NCBI GenBank assembly: GCA_045580815.1
Contig: JAZNOL010000095.1
Coordinates: 6,697-70,696, forward strand
DNA length: 64,000 bases
From: Clostridia bacterium
GTDB taxonomy: Bacteria; Bacillota; Clostridia; RUG12999
Reading direction: 5' to 3'
Translations under genes and position numbers: made by a program
Notes under the pieces: generated by a model
What the model was told of the DNA's origin: nothing
What the model saw: only the letters and a program-made list of their open reading frames with translations
Databases searched by the model: none
Part shown: in pieces, positions 38,971-49,631 of the stretch
Numbering within the stretch: the stretch's first letter is position 1
Layout: the number at the start of each line of letters is the position of its first letter

Positions 38971-40197
38971 ATGAAAAAATGTTTATTAATGATAGTACTT
39001 ATTCTCTGTATTGCTATATCGCAGGTCAGTGCAAAAGAGTGCAGCACAGTCACAATCATAACAAACTACGGCACAACTGTTATTGACGATGGTTTGTATA
39101 CCGACAATGGTCAAAACTATCTGTCTCTTACCGATATCTGCGAAGCATTGGGTTCGGTTGTTTATCAAAACACCTTGGACAACAGTTTTTTTATTATTTC
39201 CCGCGACAGCGATATAATAACTCATACTCCGTCCACCAACTCATTTGTATTTAACGGCAACGAATTTTTTACCGAGTACTCATCTTTTTCTGATAAATTG
39301 CATGGTGCTTTTGTTCCTACAAGTATGATTGAGCAAATATTTGGCGTAACAGTTTCGCATGAAGAAAACGGAGCATTTATCTATCGCACGCTCGATTCAA
39401 ACTACTACCACACACTTATCGGCAAATTGTTAAATTACTGCCTTGCCGACGATTTTTATCCGGAAAACTTTATTCGCTATTACAAATATTACAGCAATCA
39501 CCCTACAACGGATCCGGGAGCAGTAATATGCAGAGTAAATATCGGGCTTGACAAAAATCATCATGACGATGCAATTCTAATAAACAATCCCAATACAAAT
39601 ACTGTGCTGGTAAACAAGCTTAACCGGTTGCCTTCTAATTACACACCGCAAAATCTTGTTACTGTTGAAAGACCATACAGCTCTGGCAGAAATCATATAC
39701 TGAATTCCGAAGCATTTGACCATTACAAAGAAATGTACAATGCCGCTGCAAAAGAAGGCTTATATCCAAAAATAATTTCTTCTTACCGAACTGAAAGTCA
39801 GCAACGCAGTTTGTATAATTCATACACTGTACGATATGGCTCAGGTCATGCGCAGAAATATTCCGCCCAGCCCGGATACTCAGAGCACCAGACCGGACTT
39901 GCGGTGGATATAAACAGCCTTTACACATCCTTTGAAAACTCAAAAGAATATGCATGGCTTAAAAACAATGCGCACAAATTCGGATTTATAGAACGGTATC
40001 CCAAAAACAAAGAATTTATCACTGGATATGCTTACGAACCCTGGCATTACCGATATGTAGGCGTTGATGTTGCAACTGTTATTCATCAGCAAAACATCAC
40101 TTATGAAGAATATTATGCCACATATATCTATAATTCACCATATACCATTGATAAAGACCGCACCTGGGCAAATGTTGTTGTAAAGTTTTACAGATAA
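38971..40197 (+). CDS. Secreted D-alanyl-D-alanine carboxypeptidase, VanY / peptidase M15B family, with an N-terminal copper-amine-oxidase-N-like domain
   Basis: Signal peptide MKKCLLMIVLILCIAISQVSA. M15B motifs SEHQTGLAVDIN and EPWHYRYVG. N-terminal domain: TVTIITNYGTTVIDDGLYTDNGQNYLSL. Confidence 0.8.
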   Translation: MKKCLLMIVLILCIAISQVSAKECSTVTIITNYGTTVIDDGLYTDNGQNYLSLTDICEALGSVVYQNTLDNSFFIISRDSDIITHTPSTNSFVFNGNEFFTEYSSFSDKLHGAFVPTSMIEQIFGVTVSHEENGAFIYRTLDSNYYHTLIGKLLNYCLADDFYPENFIRYYKYYSNHPTTDPGAVICRVNIGLDKNHHDDAILINNPNTNTVLVNKLNRLPSNYTPQNLVTVERPYSSGRNHILNSEAFDHYKEMYNAAAKEGLYPKIISSYRTESQQRSLYNSYTVRYGSGHAQKYSAQPGYSEHQTGLAVDINSLYTSFENSKEYAWLKNNAHKFGFIERYPKNKEFITGYAYEPWHYRYVGVDVATVIHQQNITYEEYYATYIYNSPYTIDKDRTWANVVVKFYR

Positions 40198-40207
40198 TAA
40201 CTGACAA

Positions 40208-40246
40208 ACAAGCCACCGCTGTAAAGTGATGGCTTGTTTTTATTTG
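40208..40246. terminator. Bidirectional rho-independent terminator between convergent genes
   Basis: ACAAGCCA-ccgctgtaaagtga-TGGCTTGT followed by TTTTATTTG. Confidence 0.55.
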
Positions 40247-40254
40247 CTATTAAA

Positions 40255-40617
40255 TCATTTTATCGGCTGATAAAGACCTGCTGTTTCTTTGTTTCTGTAC
40301 TCATGCTTTTCGTAATATCCGATTAAAACTCCGTCATCATCCCGAAGAGCTACCATATACACATCCTTATTTTCCTCGTCGTTACGGTATGTATATATAA
40401 TATTATTTTTATTGCTTTCTTTAAACCAAGAAATTACTTTTTCAATTTTCTCATTTGCTTGTGGCGGATGACAATTTTTTATGCTGCTACCCGTCAAATC
40501 TTTATGATAATGTTTTATCGATGACGGATTCATATACACAATAATATCATCCATATTACATACCACAACAGGAGCAATATCTTGCTCAAGTATGCTTTTG
40601 AATAATTTATTTATCAT
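40255..40617 (-). CDS. Small PAS-like cytoplasmic protein (about 120 aa)
   Basis: The internal Met (MINKLFKSILEQ...) is taken as the start because the 171-aa ORF-track model overlaps the downstream flavoprotein gene by about 119 nt. The PAS-like call is tentative. Confidence 0.45.
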   Translation of the reverse strand: MINKLFKSILEQDIAPVVVCNMDDIIVYMNPSSIKHYHKDLTGSSIKNCHPPQANEKIEKVISWFKESNKNNIIYTYRNDEENKDVYMVALRDDDGVLIGYYEKHEYRNKETAGLYQPIK

Positions 40618-40651
40618 GTTATCCCTCCCTTTGTAGGCAACGTTATTGCCG

Positions 40652-41299
40652 CTAATTTTTAGCCATTTCTGCTCCGAGCAAAAATGCTTTTTGCTGTTCA
40701 CTCGGAAATACTGTTTCTCGTCTGAGTTTTTTTTCGTCTGCATCAAATAATGTCCAATTGAATTTTTCATAATTATTCACCTGAAGTGTGTTGCCGCATA
40801 TCATAATCTTTGTCGGTCCCAAAAAACTATTTAACGTGTTTTGATATTTTGACACCACTTCATCATAACCGATTTGCGGATAAATTTCTTCGGATGAATT
40901 GCTGGTCATAATAAAAAGAACAGGAATTTTATGTTTGTTACAATTCATTTGCTCGGTTTTGTATGTAATTGACTGAAAAATTAATCGTTCGTAAAGAGCA
41001 CGGAACCCTGCTGAAGCTTCACCCAAATAATTAGGTGTTCCGACAATCAACCCGTCTGCACCGCGAATATCTTCAAGCACAGCTGTAAGACCGTCTTTAC
41101 AAATGCATTTACCATAATATTCCGGCGTTTTACACCCAAAACAAGATATGCATCCCGTAAATTTGTCCAGTTTATAAATATGAATCACCTTTACCTCTGC
41201 CCCCTCTGATTCTGCACCTTTTGCAGCTTCTTTAATCAATGTGGCAGTATTCCAATCTGTACGTGGACTTGCATTTACAGCTATAATTTTCTTTTTCAT
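40652..41299 (-). CDS. Iron-sulfur flavoprotein / NAD(P)H-dependent FMN reductase family
   Basis: MKKKIIAVNASPRTDWNTA (flavodoxin-like NADPH-FMN reductase motif) plus the Cys cluster CISCFGCK...CIC. Confidence 0.75.
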   Translation of the reverse strand: MKKKIIAVNASPRTDWNTATLIKEAAKGAESEGAEVKVIHIYKLDKFTGCISCFGCKTPEYYGKCICKDGLTAVLEDIRGADGLIVGTPNYLGEASAGFRALYERLIFQSITYKTEQMNCNKHKIPVLFIMTSNSSEEIYPQIGYDEVVSKYQNTLNSFLGPTKIMICGNTLQVNNYEKFNWTLFDADEKKLRRETVFPSEQQKAFLLGAEMAKN

Positions 41300-41358
41300 A
41301 TTGATACCTCATTACTCATTTATAACATTTTTATTATATCATATTTATGGTTGAAATG

Positions 41359-42213
41359 TCAATATTCAGGCAAAAAAGAGTTTTCTCTCTGTTTTACAAT
41401 TTCACTCAATTTTTGTTTATTGCTTTTCATGTAATCAAGAATTTTTATAATTCCTCCTATCGCGTCCGGTTTACACCTCTTGTCTGTTAATACGCACATA
41501 ACCTGCCTTTCAACCATTATGCAAAGCCTGTCAAATTCCCTTTCACATATTATTTCACCGTTTTCGTCTGCCAAAATCGCCGTTTCCCCTTCAGCTCCAA
41601 TAATAATACCAATATCATATCCGCCATTTTTTACAGTTTTTCCAAATTGCACCAATATGGCTTGGTTATTTTTAGAAATCTTTTCTGTATAAAACGAATA
41701 TTCGCAATCCAACTCTGCAAGCAAATTCTTGGTGGTTTCACGCACTGATGTGTTTTTTGCCGAAACAAGAATTTTATATCCAAGCCGTATGTTTTCGCAT
41801 TCTTTTACAACCTGTCTTTCATAATGAAATTTATATCCGAGCATGGGCACAATTGTACACGCCGGAAATGTGGCTTCAACCTCCGTTTTTCCTCCGCAGA
41901 AATCCGAATTTTTGCCGTTTTCATCAATAAACGTCATGCAAATATTACTATCCTCGTTTATATAAATATGCACTCCTCCCGACGCACAGTATGTTCTTAC
42001 GGCACACCTTGTTATAAACTGCGGCTGATTTTTAAAATACATACACTGTCTGTTTGAAAACGCTATTGCCGATGCACACAGTGCCGCAGTTGCCGAAGAA
42101 AAGTTGTCATTATCATGACTTAAAACAATTTTTCCGTCTGTCCGGTTTGCAAATTTTTTACATAAATCAAAAATTTTTTCTGCAGGGTTGCTGTAAACAT
42201 CTTTTTGCGTCAT
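41359..42213 (-). CDS. Hypothetical protein, 284 aa
   Basis: ORF track only; no motif recognised. Confidence 0.45.
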   Translation of the reverse strand: MTQKDVYSNPAEKIFDLCKKFANRTDGKIVLSHDNDNFSSATAALCASAIAFSNRQCMYFKNQPQFITRCAVRTYCASGGVHIYINEDSNICMTFIDENGKNSDFCGGKTEVEATFPACTIVPMLGYKFHYERQVVKECENIRLGYKILVSAKNTSVRETTKNLLAELDCEYSFYTEKISKNNQAILVQFGKTVKNGGYDIGIIIGAEGETAILADENGEIICEREFDRLCIMVERQVMCVLTDKRCKPDAIGGIIKILDYMKSNKQKLSEIVKQRENSFLPEY

Positions 42214-42359
42214 GGTTTCTTCTCTCCCATAGATAAATTTGTATAGATATTATTGACTTGAGGCGTTTAAATTTATACATTTATTAGCTTGACGTTTTAA
42301 ATATATAATGTTATAATATAAAATGATATAGTTTTTAATAAAACAAAGGAGGCTTTTTT

Positions 42360-44630
42360 ATGATAAAACAACTTAGCAGTCATTACCTTATTAACGGCGC
42401 AGACCTTGTTGAAAACACCTTCGGATGCGATGAAGTTTTAAAATCAAAATACGGCAAAGACTGTGCAAATGCCGAAAAAGGCACAATGGCTTATTCAATT
42501 CTTACAGCACACAATACATCGGGAAATGATGAAAAACTCAAAATAAAATTTGATGCAATGGCATCACATGACATTACATATGTCGGCATCATTCAGACAG
42601 CACGTGCAAGTGGGCTTGAAAAGTTCCCTATTCCCTACGTTCTGACAAACTGCCATAACAGCCTTTGTGCTGTTGGCGGCACAATCAATGAGGATGACCA
42701 TATGTTCGGTCTTTCTGCCGCTAAAAAATACGGTGGAATCTATGTTCCTGCACATCAGGCAGTTATTCACCAATATATGCGTGAACAGTTTGCATCCTGC
42801 GGAAAAATGATTCTCGGTTCTGACAGCCACACACGTTACGGTGCAATCGGAACAATGGCAATAGGCGAAGGCGGTCCTGCGCTTGTAAAACAGCTTCTTG
42901 AAAAAACCTACGATATAGACTATCCCGAAGTTGTTGCAATTTATTTAACCGGTAAACCGGCTCCCGGCGTTGGTCCTCAGGACGTTGCACTTGCAATTAT
43001 CGGCAACGTATTCAAAAACGGTTTTGTTAAAAATAAGGTTATGGAATTTGTTGGTCCCGGCATTGAAAACCTCAGCATGGAATTCCGTATTGGCATTGAC
43101 GTTATGACAACAGAGACAACCTGTCTGTCATCTATCTGGGCAACAGACGATAAAACTGAAAAATATCTTGAAATTCATGGCAGAAAAGACGGATACAAAA
43201 AACTCTCTCCTGCTGATGTTGCACTTTATGACAGTGTGCTGACAGTTGACCTGTCAACAATCCGTCCCATGATTGCAATGCCCTTCCACCCCAGCAACAC
43301 TTATACTATTGAAGAGCTTAACAATAACACAGCAGATATTCTTCATGCTGTTGAAGAGTCTGCAAAACAGCAGCTTGACGCACCGAACATTGATTTTAAA
43401 CTTACAGACAAAATTAAAAACGGACGTCTCATGATTGACCAGGGTGTTATTGCCGGTTGTGCAGGCGGCACTTTTGAAAACCTTTGTGCGGCAGCTGATA
43501 TTCTGGGTGGAAAAAGCATAGGCAATGACGAGTTTGCACTCAGCGCATACCCCTCAAGCCAACCTGTTTATATGCAGCTCATTAAAAACGGATGTGCGGC
43601 GGCACTTATGGCATCCGGCACAACACTTCGTACAGCATTCTGCGGTCCCTGCTTCGGTGCAGGCGACGTTCCGGCAAACGGTGCACTCAGCATACGTCAC
43701 TCCACAAGAAACTTCCCCAACCGCGAGGGCTCAAAACCCGGTCAGGGTCAGATTTCTTCTGTTGCTCTTATGGACGCACGTTCAATTGCGGCAACAGCGG
43801 CAAATGGCGGTGTGCTTACTCCGGCAACCGACCTTGATGTTAACTATAAAGATTATGGCTATGAATTTGATGATACAATTTATAAAAACCGTATTTATTC
43901 CGGTTTTGGCAAAGCTGACGAATCACTTTCGCTGAAATTCGGTCCCAACATTGCTGACTGGCCGGAAATGTCCGAGCTCACTGACGATGTTATTTTGAAA
44001 GTTGTATCTGAAATTCATGACCCCGTTACAACAACAGACGAGCTTATCCCCTCCGGTGAAACTTCGTCATACCGTTCAAATCCGCTTAAGCTTGCTGAGT
44101 TTGCACTTTCAAGAAAAGACCCGCAATATGTTGCACGTGCAAAAGAAGTTCAGTCGTTTGAAACTGCACGCAGAAACGGTGAAACCGTAACCGGTCTTGA
44201 TGATATTTACTCTGCAATTTCAGGTAATTTCTCCGGATTTTCCGCAAAAAACACATCAATCGGCAGCACAATTTTTGCTAAAAAGCCCGGTGACGGCTCT
44301 GCCCGTGAACAGGCTGCATCCTGCCAGAAAGTTCTTGGCGGTTTTGCTAACATTGCAAATGAATACGCAACAAAACGTTACAGAAGCAACCTTATAAACT
44401 GGGGTATGCTCCCATTTCTTATTGATGAGGGCGAGCTTCCGTTTGCTCTTGGTGATTTCATCTATATTCCCGGCATAAAAAATGCGATTGAAAACGCCGC
44501 AACAGAGGTTGATGCTTACGTTGTAACAAGCGGTATGAAAAAATTCACATTAAAACTTTCGCCCATGACAGATGACGAGCGAAAAATCATTCTTGCAGGC
44601 TGTCTGATTAATTTTTACAGAAAAAATTAA
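42360..44630 (+). CDS. acn: Aconitate hydratase (aconitase family)
   Basis: Aconitase motifs GSDSHT and CGPCFGAG (Fe-S ligands); 756 aa. Confidence 0.85.
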   Translation: MIKQLSSHYLINGADLVENTFGCDEVLKSKYGKDCANAEKGTMAYSILTAHNTSGNDEKLKIKFDAMASHDITYVGIIQTARASGLEKFPIPYVLTNCHNSLCAVGGTINEDDHMFGLSAAKKYGGIYVPAHQAVIHQYMREQFASCGKMILGSDSHTRYGAIGTMAIGEGGPALVKQLLEKTYDIDYPEVVAIYLTGKPAPGVGPQDVALAIIGNVFKNGFVKNKVMEFVGPGIENLSMEFRIGIDVMTTETTCLSSIWATDDKTEKYLEIHGRKDGYKKLSPADVALYDSVLTVDLSTIRPMIAMPFHPSNTYTIEELNNNTADILHAVEESAKQQLDAPNIDFKLTDKIKNGRLMIDQGVIAGCAGGTFENLCAAADILGGKSIGNDEFALSAYPSSQPVYMQLIKNGCAAALMASGTTLRTAFCGPCFGAGDVPANGALSIRHSTRNFPNREGSKPGQGQISSVALMDARSIAATAANGGVLTPATDLDVNYKDYGYEFDDTIYKNRIYSGFGKADESLSLKFGPNIADWPEMSELTDDVILKVVSEIHDPVTTTDELIPSGETSSYRSNPLKLAEFALSRKDPQYVARAKEVQSFETARRNGETVTGLDDIYSAISGNFSGFSAKNTSIGSTIFAKKPGDGSAREQAASCQKVLGGFANIANEYATKRYRSNLINWGMLPFLIDEGELPFALGDFIYIPGIKNAIENAATEVDAYVVTSGMKKFTLKLSPMTDDERKIILAGCLINFYRKN

Positions 44631-44766
44631 AAAAATTTGAAATTTTTTCAAAAAACACTTGCATTATACAAAATTTTGTGTTATAATAAGAAATTGAGAG
44701 TGCGCATATTCTGCGCCAAACGAAAAAGAAAACGCAGGCTGTCACGTCTGCTTACGGAGGTTTATT

Positions 44767-45180
44767 ATGGAAACAGCTAAATTAATAGTAGGTATAGTTC
44801 ATATTGTACTTTCTGTTATTATTATTGCACTCATTCTTTTACAGTCAGGTAAACAGGCAGGTCTTCCCGGTGCGGTAGGCGGTGCTGCTGATTCATTCTT
44901 CGGCAAGAACAAAAGCAGAACAATGGACGCAATGCTCGCTCGTCTTACAAAGATTTGCGCTGTAGGTTTTCTTATCACTTCTTTATTCCTTGCTTACGGT
45001 GATGCTGTTGTTAACAAAAGCACCAACGCAGGGGCAGATGCTAACGCAACAAACATCGAGCTTGTTGATGATGTAACAGAATCCATTGACCCCGAGGTCG
45101 TTGTTGATGAAAACGCATCCGCTGAAGCAGAAAACCCCGAAGAAGCACCCGCAGATGAAAATGCAGGTGCCGCTGAATAA
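44767..45180 (+). CDS. secG: Preprotein translocase subunit SecG with an acidic C-terminal extension
   Basis: IIALILLQSGKQAGLPGAVGGA is the SecG signature (LLQ.GKg.G); two TM helices. Confidence 0.65.
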   Translation: METAKLIVGIVHIVLSVIIIALILLQSGKQAGLPGAVGGAADSFFGKNKSRTMDAMLARLTKICAVGFLITSLFLAYGDAVVNKSTNAGADANATNIELVDDVTESIDPEVVVDENASAEAENPEEAPADENAGAAE

Positions 45181-45190
45181 TTGATTTTTA

Positions 45191-45220
45191 AAAACATCGG
45201 CTTTTGCCGATGTTTTTTTT
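45191..45220 (+). terminator. Rho-independent terminator after secG
   Basis: AAAACATCGGC-tttt-GCCGATGTTTTTTTT. Confidence 0.6.
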
Positions 45221-45296
45221 AAAAATAATATGATAAACTTGATTTGATGGCAATTTTGCCTTTAAATAAAAAAATTTACATAGGAGTTGTTTTATC

Positions 45297-46802
45297 ATGA
45301 GCAAAAACACAGACGCAATTTATGACGCAAAAACCCTTGGCGGCGGCAAAATGCTTGTTCTCGGATTTCAGCACATGTTCGCTATGTTTGGCGCAACAGT
45401 ACTCGTCCCGCTTTTAACAGGTCTTGACATCGCCACAACCCTTCTTATGGCAGGTCTTGGTACACTTTTGTTCCATCTTCTTGCCAAAGGTCAGGTTCCC
45501 GCATTTTTAGGTTCATCCTTTGCTTTTCTCGGCGGATATGGTGCAGTTGCACCCATTGCCGGCAGTAACGGTATGACACAAGCACAGCTTCTCCCCTATG
45601 CTTGTCTCGGTGTTGCTTGTGCAGGTCTTGTTTACCTTGTTCTTGCAGCTCTTATTAAAGCAGTGGGCATCAAAAAAGTTATGAAATTTTTCCCGCCTGT
45701 TGTAACAGGTCCTATTATAATCGCAATTGGTCTTGGTCTTGCAGGCAGTGCAGTAAACAACTGTACAACAAACTGGCTCATCGCATTTATTGCTCTTGCA
45801 ATTGTTATTATTTTCAACATCTGGGGCAAAGGCATGGCTAAAATTATTCCGATTCTTTTAGGTGTTCTCGGTTCCTGTGCAATCGCAGCAATTATAGCAC
45901 TTATTTTCGGTTCACCGGATGCAGGTTATGTAAACTATACAATTGACGGTGTTGCTTCAAAACAGTGGATGTTAGCATCTGAATTTGATGCGTTTATAGC
46001 AAACCTTGCTCCGGGTGCAGAACAGGTTTATACACAAACTTTTATTTCCATCAATAACATGGAAAGCCTGCAGCTTTTCTCAGTAGATGCACTCAACCAG
46101 CTTAAAACTGCAGCATGGTTTGGACTTCCTGTGAAATGGGAAGGAACTGTTTTTGGCGGTATTGACTGGTCAAACACATCACTTATAATCAGCTCAATCA
46201 TTGCAATTGTTCCGATTTCACTTGCAACAATGATGGAACACATTGGCGATATTTCCGCTATCTCTTCAACAGTTGGCAAAAACTTTATCGGCAAACCCGG
46301 TCTTCACAGAACACTCACCGGCGATGGTCTTGCAACAGCACTGTCTGCACTTTTTGGCGGACCTGCTAACACAACATACGGCGAAAACACAGGCGTGCTT
46401 GCACTTTCAAAAGTGTATGACCCCAAAGTTGTGAGAATTGCCGCTTACCTTGCAGTTATTCTTTCGTTCTCACCTAAATTTGCCGCTCTTGTTAACCTTA
46501 TTCCCACAGCGGTAATCGGTGGTATTTCATTTATTCTTTACGGTATGATTTCTGCAATCGGTGTAAGAAACGTTGTTGAAAACAAGGTTGACTTCACAAA
46601 GAGCCGTAACCTTATTATTGCAGCAGTTATTCTTGTTTGTGCACTTGGTCTTGGCAGTGCGGCAACATTCTCAATCGGTGCTGTTACAATTTCACTTTCA
46701 GCTCTTGCTGTTGCTTCAATTGCAGGTATTGTTCTTAATGCAATTCTTCCCGGAAAAGACTTTGATTTTAAAGAAACCGTTGAAGAATCAACTAATGCGT
46801 AA
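45297..46802 (+). CDS. Nucleobase:cation symporter-2 (uracil/xanthine permease) family transporter
   Basis: LVLGFQHMFAMFGATVLVPLLTG is the NCS2 signature; multi-TM. Confidence 0.82.
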   Translation: MSKNTDAIYDAKTLGGGKMLVLGFQHMFAMFGATVLVPLLTGLDIATTLLMAGLGTLLFHLLAKGQVPAFLGSSFAFLGGYGAVAPIAGSNGMTQAQLLPYACLGVACAGLVYLVLAALIKAVGIKKVMKFFPPVVTGPIIIAIGLGLAGSAVNNCTTNWLIAFIALAIVIIFNIWGKGMAKIIPILLGVLGSCAIAAIIALIFGSPDAGYVNYTIDGVASKQWMLASEFDAFIANLAPGAEQVYTQTFISINNMESLQLFSVDALNQLKTAAWFGLPVKWEGTVFGGIDWSNTSLIISSIIAIVPISLATMMEHIGDISAISSTVGKNFIGKPGLHRTLTGDGLATALSALFGGPANTTYGENTGVLALSKVYDPKVVRIAAYLAVILSFSPKFAALVNLIPTAVIGGISFILYGMISAIGVRNVVENKVDFTKSRNLIIAAVILVCALGLGSAATFSIGAVTISLSALAVASIAGIVLNAILPGKDFDFKETVEESTNA

Positions 46803-46821
46803 GCTTTAAATGTTAAAAACT

Positions 46822-46860
46822 AAGGCTGTGACAAAATCACTTGTCACAGCCTTTTTTATT
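46822..46860. terminator. Bidirectional terminator between the permease gene and the arsR-family gene
   Basis: GGCTGTGACAA-aatcac-TTGTCACAGCC followed by TTTTTTATTT. Confidence 0.6.
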
Positions 46861-46870
46861 TGAATTTTAA

Positions 46871-47188
46871 TTAAAGCAAAACAACGTCTATTGCTCTTTT
46901 TTCTAAAACGGTCTCTTTTTCAGCCGGAATAAATTCTTCTATATATGCACCTGCCTGCAAAGCACCGTCATAGCTTATAGAATAATACGTCTGTTTTCCG
47001 CTTTTGCGACACTTAACAATACCACATTCACAAAGAATTTTCATGTGATGAGAAAGAGTTGACTGACCTATAGAAACATTTTTTAGTATGTCTGTTGCAC
47101 AGATTTCTTTTTCTTTTATAAGCATTAAAATTTCAAGCCTGTTTTCGTCGCCAAGTGCTTTAAACAGTTTTGCAGCTTCTGTGTTCAT
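46871..47188 (-). CDS. ArsR/SmtB family transcriptional regulator
   Basis: LFKALGDENRLEILMLI ... STLSHHMKIL, the winged-HTH ArsR signature. Confidence 0.85.
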   Translation of the reverse strand: MNTEAAKLFKALGDENRLEILMLIKEKEICATDILKNVSIGQSTLSHHMKILCECGIVKCRKSGKQTYYSISYDGALQAGAYIEEFIPAEKETVLEKRAIDVVLL

Positions 47189-47353
47189 TTAGTCAAATCT
47201 CCTTTCTTCCAAAATAAGTCACAAATAATATTATAGCACTTTTAAACTGATTTGTCAAGAAATTATTTTAAAGCACGTTTACACATTGTTTTATTGACTT
47301 TTATTTATCATTGTGATAAAATAATAGTAACAATATAATCGGGAGATGTAATC

Positions 47354-48730
47354 ATGGCAGATATGAAAGTTTGCCCGAAAAACGATTTTTCAAAAGGTCC
47401 TGTCTGGAAATGTATCGTTGCACAGGCAGTACCTCTTACAATAGCACAAATTGTCCAGCTTCTTTATAATGTGGTAGACAGAATTTATATAGGTCATATG
47501 GAAACCGGAAACAGCCTTGCATTAACAGGAATCGGGCTGACATTTCCGGTTACAACTCTTATTATGGCGTTTACGGCATTATTCGGCATAGGCGGTGTTC
47601 CGCTTTTTGCCATAGAACGCGGTGCAAAAAACGAAGAAAAAGCCTCAAAAATTCTGGGCAATTCCTTTTCGCTTCTACTTCTTTGTGCCGCCATTTTGAC
47701 CATTATAGGATACATTTTTTCAAAACCTATACTGTTTGCTTTCGGGGCAAGTGAAGAATCGTTTGTTTATGCAAACGAATATTTGAGAATTTATCTTGCC
47801 GGCACAGTATTTTCAATGCTCGCAATCGGTCTAAACGGATATATAAATGCTCAGGGATTTCCAAAAACAGGCATGCTTTCGGTGGTTATCGGAGCAGTAA
47901 CAAATATTATTCTTGACCCGATATTTATTTTCGGGCTTAGTATGGGAGTTTCGGGTGCGGCACTGGCAACCGTAATCAGCCAGATAATTTCTGCCGCTTG
48001 GGTTTTAAGCTTTTTATTTAGCAAAAAAGCACTCATTCCTCTTAAAGCAAAATGCATGAAAATAAATTCCGGTATAACTAAAAGCATTTTCAAACTCGGC
48101 ACTGCAAATTTTGTAATGCAGGGCACAAATTTTCTTGTTCAGGTTGCCTGCAACTCTACTTTACAGTCTTTTGGCGGAGACACCTATGTTGGCATCATGA
48201 CCGTGCTAAACTCAATACGCGAAATGCTGATGCTTCCGGTAAGCGGAATTATAAACGGTGCACAACCGGTTATCAGTTTTAATTATGGTGCAAAAAAATA
48301 CGACCGTGTTAAATCGGGAATCCGTTTCAACACGGCTGTCGGTTCAGTATACACACTTGCAGCATGGCTTTTGATTGTGATGTTTCCAAAATTCTGGCTT
48401 GGCATTTTTTCTGACGATTTGCAGATGATACACGCAGGTGTACATATGCTCGAAATATATTTTTTTGGTTTTGTTTTCATGGCGTTTCAGTTTGCCGGGC
48501 AGTCCACATTTCAGGCACTTGGCGACGCAAAACACGCAATTTTCTTTTCACTTTTGCGAAAAGCAATTATTGTTGTGCCGCTCACTCTCATTTTACCGCA
48601 AGTCGGCTTTGGAGTTGCAGGAGTGTTTCTGGCAGAGCCCATATCAAACCTCATAGGAGGATTATCCTGCTATCTTACCATGCGGTTTACGGTGTATAAA
48701 AATCTTAAAAATGCCGTTTCCGATTTATAA
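47354..48730 (+). CDS. MATE family multidrug/oligosaccharidyl-lipid efflux transporter
   Basis: Twelve TM segments; MATE-like repeats GIGLTFPVTTL and GVSGAALATVISQ. Confidence 0.82.
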   Translation: MADMKVCPKNDFSKGPVWKCIVAQAVPLTIAQIVQLLYNVVDRIYIGHMETGNSLALTGIGLTFPVTTLIMAFTALFGIGGVPLFAIERGAKNEEKASKILGNSFSLLLLCAAILTIIGYIFSKPILFAFGASEESFVYANEYLRIYLAGTVFSMLAIGLNGYINAQGFPKTGMLSVVIGAVTNIILDPIFIFGLSMGVSGAALATVISQIISAAWVLSFLFSKKALIPLKAKCMKINSGITKSIFKLGTANFVMQGTNFLVQVACNSTLQSFGGDTYVGIMTVLNSIREMLMLPVSGIINGAQPVISFNYGAKKYDRVKSGIRFNTAVGSVYTLAAWLLIVMFPKFWLGIFSDDLQMIHAGVHMLEIYFFGFVFMAFQFAGQSTFQALGDAKHAIFFSLLRKAIIVVPLTLILPQVGFGVAGVFLAEPISNLIGGLSCYLTMRFTVYKNLKNAVSDL

Positions 48731-48739
48731 ACAAAACAA

Positions 48740-49537
48740 TTATCTGTTGTTCATATGTGTGTTATAGTATTGGTTGCGAAATTTTGCCGGGCTTAAATTT
48801 TCGTGATACACAAAAAACTTTATAAACAGATTTTCCGACAAAAAACCCAGTTCATACGAAATTTCTTTAACCGACATAGAAGTTGTCAGAAGCAGGTCTT
48901 TTGCAAAGTTTACTTTTTCGGCTGCGATATATTCTTTAAGCCCCATGCTCAGTTTTTTCTTAAACAGTTTACCTATATAATCAGGATTATATCCGAAATA
49001 ATCTGCAATCTGCGAAACAGTAACACCGTTTTTCAAATTAATCCGTATATACTCGCAAATTTTGCTCAAAAGTGCGTTATTCTCGGTAGGTTGAGGATTG
49101 CATATGCGCAAAAACTCCTGCAAAATTACCAATGCAAGTGAATCGGCTTCCTGTTTTTGACAGGAATCGCTGTTTGAAATATGAAGCAGTTTTTTCATAA
49201 GGAATTTTATGTCGTGATAATCGTTTTTACAGTATAATTTATGAGGAATGTCAATGTCGGTGTAAAAATGAAGCCAGTAAAACGAAACATCGGAAGTGTT
49301 TTTCTGAAATCCCCTGTGAAATTTACCCGGCTGAAGCAGAAAAATGCTGTTTGGCGAAAGCTCATAACAAACACCGTCCTCTTCCAGAAAAACCGTGCCG
49401 CCAAGCACAAAAATCAGTTCATAGCTGTCAATGGTGCGTGCCGGATGAATCCACTTGCCGTCCGAATGGAATTCCCCGATAATTTCATATTGAAAAAATT
49501 TGTTGTTTTGTAATTTTATCATGTCGGATTTTCTCAC
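48740..49537 (-). CDS. AraC family transcriptional regulator (cupin sensor plus AraC HTH); divergent to the GH127 gene
   Basis: C-terminal HTH: GVTVSQIADYFGYNPDYIGKLFKKKLSMGLKEYI... Confidence 0.85.
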   Translation of the reverse strand: MRKSDMIKLQNNKFFQYEIIGEFHSDGKWIHPARTIDSYELIFVLGGTVFLEEDGVCYELSPNSIFLLQPGKFHRGFQKNTSDVSFYWLHFYTDIDIPHKLYCKNDYHDIKFLMKKLLHISNSDSCQKQEADSLALVILQEFLRICNPQPTENNALLSKICEYIRINLKNGVTVSQIADYFGYNPDYIGKLFKKKLSMGLKEYIAAEKVNFAKDLLLTTSMSVKEISYELGFLSENLFIKFFVYHENLSPAKFRNQYYNTHMNNR

Positions 49538-49631
49538 TTTATCTCAAAGTTTAGGTATTGAAAATATCTTTGTTTTTTATTATACTAAATATAAAGCAAA
49601 ATGTCAATAACCAAACTTGCAGGGAGGATTT

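Noticed and set aside
40618-40770. N-terminal 51 codons of ORF 40255..40770
   Set aside because: They overlap the downstream flavoprotein gene by about 119 nt; an internal Met avoids the overlap. The true start is unverified.
49617-49631. ORF-track start of the GH127 gene at 49617
   Set aside because: RBS AGGGAGG is positioned for the ATG at 49632; the earlier ATG has no RBS.
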